The notes below the pieces were generated by a model that was not told where the DNA came from, searched no databases, and worked only from the letters and a program-made list of their open reading frames with translations. A stretch of DNA of 64,000 nt from a plasmid, in the sequence record NZ_CP025192.1. One strand, given 5' to 3'. Below are positions 18,311 through 26,831 of the stretch, in pieces. Position numbers and translations under genes: made by a program. How positions within the stretch are numbered: the stretch's first letter is position 1; each line of letters opens with the position of its first letter.

Positions 18311-18973
18311 GTGGCTGCGACGGTGCTGACGGTGGCGTCCACAAAGGGCGGCGCCGGCAAGACGACGATCGTGATGGCGCTCGCCGGCACCCTCGCCGCC
18401 GAGGGGCTGCGCGTCGCTGTCGTGGACGCAGACCCGAACCGCGCCTACGCCTCCTGGGCCGAGCAGGCCTACGAGGGCCCCGCCATCGCGGTCCGCGCCG
18501 AGGCAGACGAGGCGCGGCTCGCGGCGGCGATCGACGAGCTATCGCCCCAGGCCGACCTGGTCCTGGTGGACACGGCCGGCTTCGGCAACCGCGCCGCCCT
18601 GCTCGCCATGGCCGCGGCCGACGCCGTGCTCGTGCCCTGCACCCCGAGCCGCGCCGACGTCGAGCAGGCCGCTAAGACACTGGAACTGGTGGATGGCGCC
18701 GCTCGGGCGGCGCGGCGCGCCATCCCCGCGCGCGTTGTTCCATCGCGCCTGAAGCAGGCGACCGCGGTGTCGCGCCATGCGGTGGCCGAGCTCGACGCGG
18801 CCGCCCTCCCCCGCACCGCCGCCGGGGTCGGCGACCGCGTCGCCTTCGCCGAGATGACCTTCTCCGGCCGCGTCCCCGCCGGCGGCGACGCCGGGCAGGA
18901 GGTCGCGAAGCTGGTCGCGGAGCTGCGCAAGCTCGGCTGGTTGCCGCCCAAGCCGAGGGCGGCTCGCGCGTAG
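18311..18973 (+). CDS. parA: ParA-family partition ATPase
   Basis: Deviant Walker A KGGAGKTT. GTG start preceded by GGGGGACGGAG. Confidence 0.85.
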   Translation: MAATVLTVASTKGGAGKTTIVMALAGTLAAEGLRVAVVDADPNRAYASWAEQAYEGPAIAVRAEADEARLAAAIDELSPQADLVLVDTAGFGNRAALLAMAAADAVLVPCTPSRADVEQAAKTLELVDGAARAARRAIPARVVPSRLKQATAVSRHAVAELDAAALPRTAAGVGDRVAFAEMTFSGRVPAGGDAGQEVAKLVAELRKLGWLPPKPRAARA

Positions 18974-18981
18974 CGCCTATA

Positions 18982-18993
18982 TGCTAGCAGGTA
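18982..18993. repeat. TGCTAGCAGGTA motif between parA and the RHH gene
   Basis: Near-identical to AGCTAGCAGGTA at 20739-20752. The two copies bracket the RHH-oriV-repA cassette. Confidence 0.35.
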
Positions 18994-19015
18994 TGAGCAA
19001 GCACGAGGACCTACC

Positions 19016-19363
19016 ATGTCCAGCAAGGGCCTGAAGCCTGCCATTGCCCGTCCCTCCGCGCGGGAAGCACTCGCCGCCGCGGACGCCGTCGCCCAGCAGG
19101 CCGGGCTGCCGCCCGCCGCCCTCTCGCCACGCCCCCCACCCCCTGCCCCGGCTGCTCCTCCCTCGGCGCCGCCCGAAGAGGAACTCGTGCAGGTGAACAT
19201 TCGCGTCCGCCGCGGCCTCGGCGACCAGCTCGCGGATAGGGCGCGGGCGGATGGTACGACGCAGAAGGTGCTGGTCTGCCGGGCGCTCGCGGCCGCCGGC
19301 TTCGACGTGCATCCGGAGGACCTCCGGGCGACCCCCGCGCCGCGCCGCCGCGGCAGCAGCTAG
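19016..19363 (+). CDS. Ribbon-helix-helix centromere-binding protein (ParG/CopG-like)
   Basis: C-terminal VQVNIRVRRGLGDQLADRARADGTTQKVLVCRALAAAGF is an RHH fold. Pro-rich N-terminal tail. Directly downstream of parA. Confidence 0.55.
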   Translation: MSSKGLKPAIARPSAREALAAADAVAQQAGLPPAALSPRPPPPAPAAPPSAPPEEELVQVNIRVRRGLGDQLADRARADGTTQKVLVCRALAAAGFDVHPEDLRATPAPRRRGSS

Positions 19364-19459
19364 CAGCTACGGAGATGGTGTCGGTAGCGTACGAACCGAA
19401 GCGCCATCTCCCCTCCCCCGCCGAGCGCCTTCGGAGCCAAACGCATCACGGGTCGGAAA

Positions 19460-19588
19460 TTCGTACCCTGGTGACGCTCTGGTGCGGACCGATCCGGTAT
19501 CGGTTACCCACAGCCGATTCGTACCTTGGTGACGCCAGTTCGTACCCGACCGACGCAGGACGAGTCGTCCCCCGTACCCTGGTGACGC
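19460..19588. repeat. Iteron array (4 direct repeats of ~TTCGTACCCTGGTGACGC) of a plasmid oriV, followed by an AT-rich stretch and an inverted partial iteron at 19681-19689
   Basis: Repeats at 19460-19477, 19517-19535, 19537-19556 (degenerate) and 19571-19588. AT-rich ATCCAAATATGGATTCAATTAGC at 19589-19612. All lie immediately upstream of repA. Confidence 0.55.
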
Positions 19589-19726
19589 ATCCAAATATGG
19601 ATTCAATTAGCTTTCCTAGGACCGTCAGCAGAGTACGAGCCGGCACAGGGGAAAAACCTCGCCCGGAAGAGGCGTCGGCAGGGTACGAATTGCGCCAGCT
19701 GCCCTGGATGTGCAGCGTGCTCCCGC

Positions 19727-20737
19727 ATGGACGATTCCACCGACACCGCTTGGCCGCTTTCCGTGGGAGCCGACGAGGCCCTTGAAGGGCGCCTGCGCGG
19801 CCGGCTCGAGGTTCTAGGCATCCAGCAGGCGCTCAATCTCGCCCCGACGGCCCTCGACCGGCGCTGCATCGAGGCCATCCACATGGTCCTTACCGACGAG
19901 GATGGTGCGCCCAACTTCGTGCACGCCGGCTTCGCAATGACCGCCCTCCCTCACAAGCGCATCGAGGCAACTGAATGGGTCCGCGACGGCGCCGACATCC
20001 GCCTGCGGATCGAGAGCGGCAAGACCCATGACGGAACGGCGGTCGGGGTACCGTTCGGCTATGTGGCCCGCCTGATCCTCCTCTATCTGCAGACGGAGGC
20101 CATCAAGACCCGCTCCCGTGAGGTCGAGCTCGGCCGCTCCATGCACAGCTGGCTGAAGGCAATGGGCCTGAACAGCGGCGGCAAGGGCTACGAAGCGGTC
20201 CGCGAGCAGAGCCGGCGCCTCAGCCTCTGCCGGCTGACCTTCTATCGGATCGGCGAGGGCGGCGAGGCCGTGATGAACGGCGGCTTCGTCCGGGAGGCGA
20301 TCCTGCCAGGCAGGGACAGCGGCGGCACGCAGCTCTCCCTCTGGCGGGAGACGGTCGTGCTCGACGAGGTGTTCTACGAAAGCCTCATCCGACACCCCCT
20401 CCCCGTCCGCGAGACCGCCATTCGGGCGCTGGCCGGCCGGAGCATGGCGATCGACCTCTACATCTGGCTCGCCTACCGGCTCCACCATTTGGCGAAGCCG
20501 ACTCGGGTACCATGGCCGGCGCTCTACCGACAGTTCGGCGCGGGCTTCGCGCTCCAGCGTCAGTTCAAGGCGCACGCGCGCGAGGCGCTCGCCCTCGCCC
20601 TCTCCGCCTACCCGGAGGCGCAGGTGCGGGTGGACGACGAGGCCATCACCCTCATGCCCTCCCCTGCCCCGGTCCCCGAGCGCGCACGGGCGCCCGCCGC
20701 GAGCGCCGTGCCGAAACGCCTACTGCATAGGCGGTAG
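19727..20737 (+). CDS. repA: Plasmid replication initiator RepA (RPA family, pfam10134-like)
   Basis: 336 aa. Its C-terminal region is homologous to the second (frameshifted) rep gene at 36308-37172. An iteron array lies upstream. Confidence 0.75.
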   Translation: MDDSTDTAWPLSVGADEALEGRLRGRLEVLGIQQALNLAPTALDRRCIEAIHMVLTDEDGAPNFVHAGFAMTALPHKRIEATEWVRDGADIRLRIESGKTHDGTAVGVPFGYVARLILLYLQTEAIKTRSREVELGRSMHSWLKAMGLNSGGKGYEAVREQSRRLSLCRLTFYRIGEGGEAVMNGGFVREAILPGRDSGGTQLSLWRETVVLDEVFYESLIRHPLPVRETAIRALAGRSMAIDLYIWLAYRLHHLAKPTRVPWPALYRQFGAGFALQRQFKAHAREALALALSAYPEAQVRVDDEAITLMPSPAPVPERARAPAASAVPKRLLHRR

Positions 20738-20738
20738 A

Positions 20739-20752
20739 AGCTAGCAGGTAGG
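20739..20752. repeat. AGCTAGCAGGTAGG motif immediately after the repA stop
   Basis: Direct repeat of the 18982 motif. Confidence 0.35.
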
Positions 20753-20878
20753 TGCTGCGGGATTGGCCGGGCGACTCAACAAGAAGGTCCTCCTCCTCAT
20801 CGACGAGTACGGGACCGTCGGCGCCGAGGATCTCTAGCTCGGCGCCGTGGTTGCCCTGGCGCGCGGCGGCCCCGCCCG

Positions 20879-21193
20879 GTGCTCTACGCGGCCGCCGTCG
20901 TCGAGACGGCGAACGCCGGGCTCGCCCGGTTCGGGCGCGAGACGATCGGCAACGTCGACGTCATCACGGACGTGAACCACAACGACGACCACCCTGCCTT
21001 CGAGGCAGAGACCGAGCGGGCGCGGCGCGAGGACGGGTGGTTCCTCGGGGTGAACCGGGTCGCCCGCTTGGCCTCGGCCGCCTCGCGGCTCCTCCAGCTG
21101 ACGGACGTGGTAGCCTACTCACGGAAATGGATTGTGGGCGCCGAGATTAACGCCGCCGGGCTGCGGGAGCGGTTCGGGATCCAGCCGCCCTGA
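20879..21193 (+). CDS. Hypothetical protein
   Basis: 104-aa ORF with protein-like composition. The overlapping 20752 ORF is Arg/Ser-rich junk. GTG start. Confidence 0.3.
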   Translation: MLYAAAVVETANAGLARFGRETIGNVDVITDVNHNDDHPAFEAETERARREDGWFLGVNRVARLASAASRLLQLTDVVAYSRKWIVGAEINAAGLRERFGIQPP

Positions 21194-21398
21194 AACGGCG
21201 AGAGCCGCTCGATGGGGCGGCTCCCGGAAGAGGGTAGGGAGGGTGGCCGACAACCGGGGCTTTCGGTCTCCGGGTGGCCACCGCGCCCGCCCGATACGCA
21301 GCAGGACGGGTCGCACGCAGGGACCCCCTCTTATGACACCATAGGTATCCCCGCCGCTGGCGGGTTTCAAGGAAAAGGGCCGCGCGGCAACGTTTCTT

Positions 21399-21435
21399 GC
21401 TTAGCTTGTAGCACGTAGCAGCAAGCTAGTAACAG
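21399..21435. repeat. GCTTAGCTTGTAGCACGTAGCAGCAAGCTAGTAACAG; cluster of GCTAGC-like motifs upstream of the 21445 start
   Basis: Same motif family as 18226, 18982 and 20739. Confidence 0.3.
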
Positions 21436-21511
21436 ATAGGAGGTATGACCTATACTGCGACGCCGGGCTGCTTCGAGGCGGCGATCCCGATGCTCGACGC
21501 GCCACCAGGCC

Positions 21512-22183
21512 ATGCCCCGACCCTCCACATGTTGTGCGGCAAGGCTGGCCGAAGCGCCCGCCACCGTCGTCGTCGCACAGGATCCCTGGATGGCGGCCCT
21601 CTACCCCGAGGAACTCCGGTCAATCGCCGACTACGTGCGCTTGGTGCCGCGGCTGCGGGCCGCCATGGGGCCGCACGTCGCCGACCTGCTGCGCGCCGGG
21701 CTCTCCGCCGTCCTCGACTGGCCGGCGAACACCAGGACGAGCCGCGCCTGGATGCGGGGCGTCTTCGAGGCGGCGGGGGCCGCCCACCGGCTGCACGTCC
21801 TCGACGTGCCGGACAAGGTCTGCCTCGCCCGGCTGGCGGCCAGGAACGCCGGGGGCATCCACGAGTACCAGGTGAGCGAGGCCGAGTTTGCGGAGCTGGC
21901 GCGCCACTTCGAGCAGCCGGCGCTGGACGAGGGGTTCGACGTCGTGGTGAATCCGCCGCGGTGGCCCGGGCGATGGGGCTCCGCCTCTGGGCGCGGCTTC
22001 GGTCAAGATCCTTCGAAAAGGGGGACGGCCTGGACCGCTCCCTCAGAAGGCCTGTCCAGGGTCAGACGTCGTAGTTCGTCCGGATGGCCTCGATGCAGGT
22101 GGTGCAGCTCAGCATCGCGAGGTGCTCTTCGACACGGCGGGCGAGTTCCCTGTTATTGCGCAGCTTCGCCTGCACGATCCTGA
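21512..22183 (+). CDS. Hypothetical protein with weak resemblance to AAA_33-type P-loop kinases; likely frameshifted (true start probably ATG 21445)
   Basis: A strong RBS TAGGAGGT precedes the ATG at 21445 in frame +1 (MTYTATPG...LHMLCGKAG). Protein-like sequence continues in the 21512 frame (LAEAPATVVVAQD...HRLHVLDVPDKVCLARLAARN). The 3' end overlaps the convergent gene by ~120 bp. Confidence 0.3.
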   Translation: MPRPSTCCAARLAEAPATVVVAQDPWMAALYPEELRSIADYVRLVPRLRAAMGPHVADLLRAGLSAVLDWPANTRTSRAWMRGVFEAAGAAHRLHVLDVPDKVCLARLAARNAGGIHEYQVSEAEFAELARHFEQPALDEGFDVVVNPPRWPGRWGSASGRGFGQDPSKRGTAWTAPSEGLSRVRRRSSSGWPRCRWCSSASRGALRHGGRVPCYCAASPARS

Positions 22184-23144
22184 AGTAGTAGGGAATTTCC
22201 GCCTTGAGGTCCCGGTGGATGCGGTTGAGCGCCGCCGCGATGTAGGGGTCGGGATGCGCGAATGAACTCGTTGGACGGTTGATGACGGACGGATCGAATT
22301 TCTGGGCGCTTGCGAAGTTGCTTTCGATGTCCTTCTTGGCCATGCTGTGCTTTAGGTCGCTCAGCCGCATTTTGGTGAGGTCGAACCGTTCCTCACGCTT
22401 GAGGAAGCCGGTTTCGTCGGTTTCCTCCATCCTGAGTGTTTCCAATTTGATGATACTGTTGATCATCGTCTGAGCGCTGTGGAAGGCGCGCCACCGAAGA
22501 ATTTGGTCGACCTCTTCGTTCTTCTTGGCCTGGTCCAGGTGATCGTTCATGAACTCGAAGAAGGAGGTCTTCCCGAGCTTGGCCGGCGGCGCCTCAAAGG
22601 GCTGAGGTCCCTCGGCGAGCGCGGCTTGAACCCGGCGAATGGCCTCGCCCGGGGTGTTGAAGACGAGCTTTGCCGGCAGGTGCAGCGTGGTGAAGCGCTT
22701 GCCACGCAGGAAGCTGTCGCGCAGGCTGTCCTTCTTGAGGGCTTCCAGGCTGGAGTGGTGGGCGGCGCCGTCGATCTCGACGACCAGCCAGTCGTTGATC
22801 AGGAAGTCGACCCTGTAGAGGCGCCATGCGCCGTTTTTCTCGTACCGCTTAACCTCGACCTGGAGGTTCATGCGGATGCCCGAGCCCACGAGCAGTCCGC
22901 TGGAGGGTTCGAGGGCGTAGGCAGGGATCATCGCCCGCAGGAAAGCCTCCTCCGCCGGCGATTCACAGGCGGCGAGATAGATCGCAAGCCAGTTCGGTGT
23001 GCTCGGGGTTGTGGACTCGCGCGCGTAGAAGCGCGCGTCCGGCCGGTGCTCGGGCTCCTTCTGCTCGGGCTGCCTCTCGTCGCGGGACATGAAGGGCAAG
23101 CTCCCGAGGACTAAGAAGGCAAGCACGACAACGATGATCATCAT
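22062..23144 (-). CDS. Membrane-anchored DUF559 (PD-(D/E)xK endonuclease-like) protein with an uncharacterised C-terminal helical domain; low-GC, candidate defence gene
   Basis: N-terminal TM helix MMIIVVVLAFLVLGSLPF. DUF559-like region YRVDFLINDWLVVEIDGAAHH. The C-terminal ~200 aa have no motif I recognise. GC is ~48-50% in the 3' half. The ORF extends to 23189. Confidence 0.6.
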   Translation of the reverse strand: MMIIVVVLAFLVLGSLPFMSRDERQPEQKEPEHRPDARFYARESTTPSTPNWLAIYLAACESPAEEAFLRAMIPAYALEPSSGLLVGSGIRMNLQVEVKRYEKNGAWRLYRVDFLINDWLVVEIDGAAHHSSLEALKKDSLRDSFLRGKRFTTLHLPAKLVFNTPGEAIRRVQAALAEGPQPFEAPPAKLGKTSFFEFMNDHLDQAKKNEEVDQILRWRAFHSAQTMINSIIKLETLRMEETDETGFLKREERFDLTKMRLSDLKHSMAKKDIESNFASAQKFDPSVINRPTSSFAHPDPYIAAALNRIHRDLKAEIPYYFRIVQAKLRNNRELARRVEEHLAMLSCTTCIEAIRTNYDV

Positions 23145-24098
23145 GGACGTGGTCCTGTTATCCGCACGTTGGGGGCTGACCCGCGACATGCTGCATGAGG
23201 CGAGATGCTCTCGCCTCGTGGTGACGTAATAGCCGTTCGCATGTCGTTGCGCAGGATGGGCGGTCGGCCAGAGTTGAAGCGGATGCGGATGCTCATATGA
23301 TGGACGTGCGCTGACGCTGGGCCGCCAGCGCTAGGCTCTGGCTGCTAAGCTTAGCGACTATCATCTACCAGTCGCGCTGCTCAGCGCGCCGCGCCGATCC
23401 AGACCGGTGGGAGGTCGCAGGCCCGGCGGCCCGCCTGCTCGTAGCCCGTCCGCTCGCAGTGGCGGCGCAGGTACGACACTGAGGTAGGTCGTCCTTGCTG
23501 CATCGCAACAGGCCGGCGCATGGCTCGGATGCGGCAACCTGAACTTTGTCGGGAAATCTCCGCATTTCATTCCGTTTTGCCATTGAAAATGCAGGCCCCA
23601 CTTTCCATATGAGTGGAGGTGAAGCCGGGAGCCTGTCTGTTGCTCTCCGCCTTCCGGGCGCCTGTCGCCCCCCACCTCCCCATCCCATCCTCATCCTGGC
23701 GGACCGATGCGCGCGCCTTCTGGCGGCACGCCGGTCCTGGACCGCGCATCCGGCACTGAGCCGGCCGTCTTCTGCGAACCTCCTGCCCTGCCAGCGGTGG
23801 CAGCCCGATGACCGGGATGGGCCGCCCGGCGCCGCCCCTCGCCCGGGGCCCTGCGCCGGCCCCGCCGCGTGCGCGCGGCGGATCCTCTTCGCTACCCCTT
23901 CGGCTTTCCTTCCCTTCTCCCGGCTTCACCACGCCTTCTCCCGATCCGCCTTCGCGGCTCTCCGGTGATCACCGGCGGGGGGCGCCACACCATCGCGCCC
24001 TCTTTTCCTCCTCCCGTTGTCCCGGCCGGTCTCGGTAGCTCCCAAGCCGACCGTCGCGGCCCTTGAGCAAGGCCGAAACCACCCTTCAGGACACCACG

Positions 24099-24659
24099 AT
24101 GCTCTTCAGCACCGACGTTCCCGACGACGAGGCCGAGCGCCAACGGGCCCGGCTCTTCCGGCATTTCGCCGCCCAGTTCATGCCGGCGACCGCGGTGATG
24201 GAAGCCGGCGATGCCAGCCTTCCGGCGGTGGAGTTCGCGCGCCTGCACCGGCGTCTCGATGTCCTCGAGCGCCACATGGCCGACCTGATGTTCCTCCAGC
24301 TCTCCGCGCAGGACCTCCTGCTTGGCAAGCGGCGCCCCTTCTCGGCCCGCAGCCGCGAGCTCATCGTCGCGGCCCTGCGCCGGACACCCTACCGGGGCCG
24401 CTGCCCCTGCTGCGGCCACGAGCCCGTCCTCGACGAGGCGGGCGCACCGCTGGAGGGGGCCGAGTTCGACCACGCCTTCCACCGCGGGCTGAACCGGCCC
24501 GAGCATGGCTGGCTGGTCTGCCGGCCCTGCCACCGCGAGATGACCCATGGCGGCTATCTCGCGCGCTTCTCGCGCATCCACCAGTTCCGCGCCTTCCAGG
24601 GCGCGGTGCTGGCCGGGTGGGAGCGATCCCGGGCCAAGCCCGCGGACGCCCCGTCCTGA
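24099..24659 (+). CDS. Standalone HNH-type endonuclease domain protein
   Basis: CPCCGHEPV...AEFDHAFHRGLNRPEHGWLVCRPCHREMTHGG gives a CxxC...H...H...CxxCH HNH zinc-finger arrangement. The ORF starts at TTG 24063; ATG 24099 is the more likely start. Confidence 0.55.
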   Translation: MLFSTDVPDDEAERQRARLFRHFAAQFMPATAVMEAGDASLPAVEFARLHRRLDVLERHMADLMFLQLSAQDLLLGKRRPFSARSRELIVAALRRTPYRGRCPCCGHEPVLDEAGAPLEGAEFDHAFHRGLNRPEHGWLVCRPCHREMTHGGYLARFSRIHQFRAFQGAVLAGWERSRAKPADAPS

Positions 24660-24683
24660 CGCTGGCTCCCGCCAGCACACGAA

Positions 24684-24719
24684 GCCCCCGGCCATCACGG
24701 CCGGGGGCTTTTCTCGTTT
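24684..24719 (+). terminator. Rho-independent terminator (GCCCCCGGCC-ATCAC-GGCCGGGGGC + TTTTCTCGTTT)
   Basis: Perfect 10-bp GC stem followed by a T-rich tract, 25 bp after the HNH gene stop. Confidence 0.5.
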
Positions 24720-24890
24720 CCGGGGTCGTTGGATCCGGCGTCACCGGGCCGGAGCCGCGGCCTGTGGCAAACCGGGAACACGGCGCACCTGGGACAAATC
24801 CTGAGACGCACGCGTATCGAAATAACGCATTCGTTGCCTTGATGAGACAAACGTCAGCGGTTACCGCCTTCCCCTGACCTCGGAGGGGAT

Positions 24891-26651
24891 TTGCCAGACG
24901 TGTCCGGAACGCTGCCCACGGTTTCCCTCTTCGTCGCGAAGTCGACCCTGACCGAGGGGGCCGATACGGCCCTGAACGCGATCGTCACCCGCACGCCGTC
25001 CGAGCTGACGAGTTCCGTGACCGTGGAATTCTACATCCCCGTCACCACGCGCAATGTCGCCGGAGCGGACGACTTCGTCGGCGGCCTCGCCCCGAAGGTG
25101 GTGACCTTCGCCCCGGGCGAGACGTCCCAGGCGGTGAGCTGGGGCCTCGTCGACGACAACGTCCCGGAGGTCCCCGGCGCGATCGGCCTGTGGCTGCGCA
25201 ACCCGGTCAATGCCACCGTCAGCACGAATGGCGGAGGATCGGCCGGCGTGGTCATCCAGGACAACGATCCGACCGATACGATGAGCATCGCCGCTGTCGG
25301 CGCCTCGGCCGTGCGGGAGGGCGATGCCTCGGACCAGGGCACGCACAAGCTCACCTTCGACATCGTGCGTGAGGGCAACACCTCCTGGCCGGTCACCGCA
25401 GCGATCGTGATCGAGGCCGACACCTCGGCCGGCGCGCATTCGGCCTCATCCAGTGACATCGTGGGCGGCTTCACCACGCAGTGGGTCTATTTCAATTACG
25501 GCGAGACCCATAAGACCTTCGAGGTCACCATCGCCGGCGACAACCTCCTCGAGGGCAACGAGACCTTCGTGGTCCGTATTAGCAACACCTGGAGCCCGTC
25601 GGGCGCACCGGGCTTCCTGACCGGGATCGGCACCGCCGCGGTCACCGCGACGATCCTCGACGACGATACGCCGGTCGTGCCGGGCACCGCCGGCAACGAC
25701 GTCCTGCACCATGCCGACGGCTCCCACATCTACGACGGCGGGGCCGGCTTCGACGTGCTGGACTACGGTGCCGTGGGCCGCCGCGGCCTCGCCGTGACCC
25801 GCTCCGCCGAGGGCGACGTCGTCATCACCCATGGCGGCCAGACGGACACGCTGCGCTCGGTGGAGGAGGTCCGCCTGGCCGACGGGCGCCTTGTCTTCAA
25901 CGAGGCCGACCCGGCGGCACAGGTGGTGCGGCTCTACCACGCGGCCCTCGACCGCGATCCCGAGCAGCAGGGCCTGAACTTCTGGATCGGCCAGCTCAGG
26001 GAAGGCCATGGCCTGCTCGATCTGGCACAGAGCTTCCTCGCCAGCCCCGAGTTCAACTCACGCTACGGCAGCCTGACGGACAGCCAGTATGTCGACCGCC
26101 TCTACCAGAACGTCCTGGGCCGCGAGGGCGAGGCGGCGGGCAAGGCCTGGTGGCTGTCCCAGCTGGACAGCGGCCACAGCCGTGCCGAGGTGCTGCAGGG
26201 CTTCTCCGAGAGCGCCGAGAACAAGGCCAACACGGCCAGCCTCTGGCAGAACGGCATCTGGGACGTCGACGAGCATGCCCTGCAGGCCGCCCGGCTCTAC
26301 GACACGGTGCTGGGCCGGCTGCCCGACGCCCCGGGCCTGGCGTTCCAGGCCTCGCTGCTCGACAGCGGCGTCGCGCTGAGGGACATCGCCGCGGCCTTCA
26401 CCCGCAGCCCCGAGTTCCAGGCGAAATACGGCACGCTGGATGACCGCCAGTTCGTGTCCAACCTCTACCTGAACACGCTGCACCGCGCCGCCGAGCCGGC
26501 CGGGCTGGAACACTGGGTGGCCCAGATCCAGGGCGGTGCGTCGCGCAGCGACGTGGTGCTGGGTTTCTCCGAGAGCCCGGAGCACATCGCCCTGACCAAC
26601 CCGGACTTCATGTCCGACGATCCGGGCCGCTACGGCATCGCCTTCGCCTGA
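24891..26651 (+). CDS. Secreted Calx-beta / RTX calcium-binding repeat / DUF4214-repeat protein (probable T1SS substrate)
   Basis: N-terminal Calx-beta-like segments, a hemolysin-type GGAGFDVLDYG repeat and three DUF4214 repeats (VVRLYHAALDRDPEQQGLNFWIGQL...). Confidence 0.8.
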   Translation: MPDVSGTLPTVSLFVAKSTLTEGADTALNAIVTRTPSELTSSVTVEFYIPVTTRNVAGADDFVGGLAPKVVTFAPGETSQAVSWGLVDDNVPEVPGAIGLWLRNPVNATVSTNGGGSAGVVIQDNDPTDTMSIAAVGASAVREGDASDQGTHKLTFDIVREGNTSWPVTAAIVIEADTSAGAHSASSSDIVGGFTTQWVYFNYGETHKTFEVTIAGDNLLEGNETFVVRISNTWSPSGAPGFLTGIGTAAVTATILDDDTPVVPGTAGNDVLHHADGSHIYDGGAGFDVLDYGAVGRRGLAVTRSAEGDVVITHGGQTDTLRSVEEVRLADGRLVFNEADPAAQVVRLYHAALDRDPEQQGLNFWIGQLREGHGLLDLAQSFLASPEFNSRYGSLTDSQYVDRLYQNVLGREGEAAGKAWWLSQLDSGHSRAEVLQGFSESAENKANTASLWQNGIWDVDEHALQAARLYDTVLGRLPDAPGLAFQASLLDSGVALRDIAAAFTRSPEFQAKYGTLDDRQFVSNLYLNTLHRAAEPAGLEHWVAQIQGGASRSDVVLGFSESPEHIALTNPDFMSDDPGRYGIAFA

Positions 26652-26710
26652 AAAGGCTTGGTTCCGGGGCGTCGGATGCGTCGCCCCGACGCCGGCAGCC
26701 GCGGCGAACA

Positions 26711-26749
26711 CCCGGGGCCCCAGCCATCGCGGCCGGGAGCTTTTCGCGT
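26711..26749 (+). terminator. Terminator-like hairpin + T-tract, homologous to the 24684 terminator
   Basis: CCCGGGGCCCCAGCCATCGCGGCCGGGAGCTTTTCGCGTT. The stem is imperfect. Its sequence context parallels the 24684 terminator. Confidence 0.3.
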
Positions 26750-26831
26750 TCCGGCCTGTTGGCGGCACAGCCGCGCCCTGCAGAACAGACGGATCAGTGG
26801 CGCGAGGGGGAGGTTTTCCCCTCCCGCCCGG

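Noticed and set aside
20760-20838. Short in-frame fragment ...RLNKKVLLLIDEYGTVGAEDL* resembling a Walker B/AAA tail
   Set aside because: There is no start codon or upstream continuation. It is at most a gene remnant and too short to call.
21538-21549. P-loop-like LCGKAG in frame +1 of the 21445 gene
   Set aside because: These nucleotides simultaneously encode AARLAE in the frame that carries the protein-like downstream sequence. Only one reading can be real, so a Walker A call is unsafe. I kept it only as a frameshift hint.
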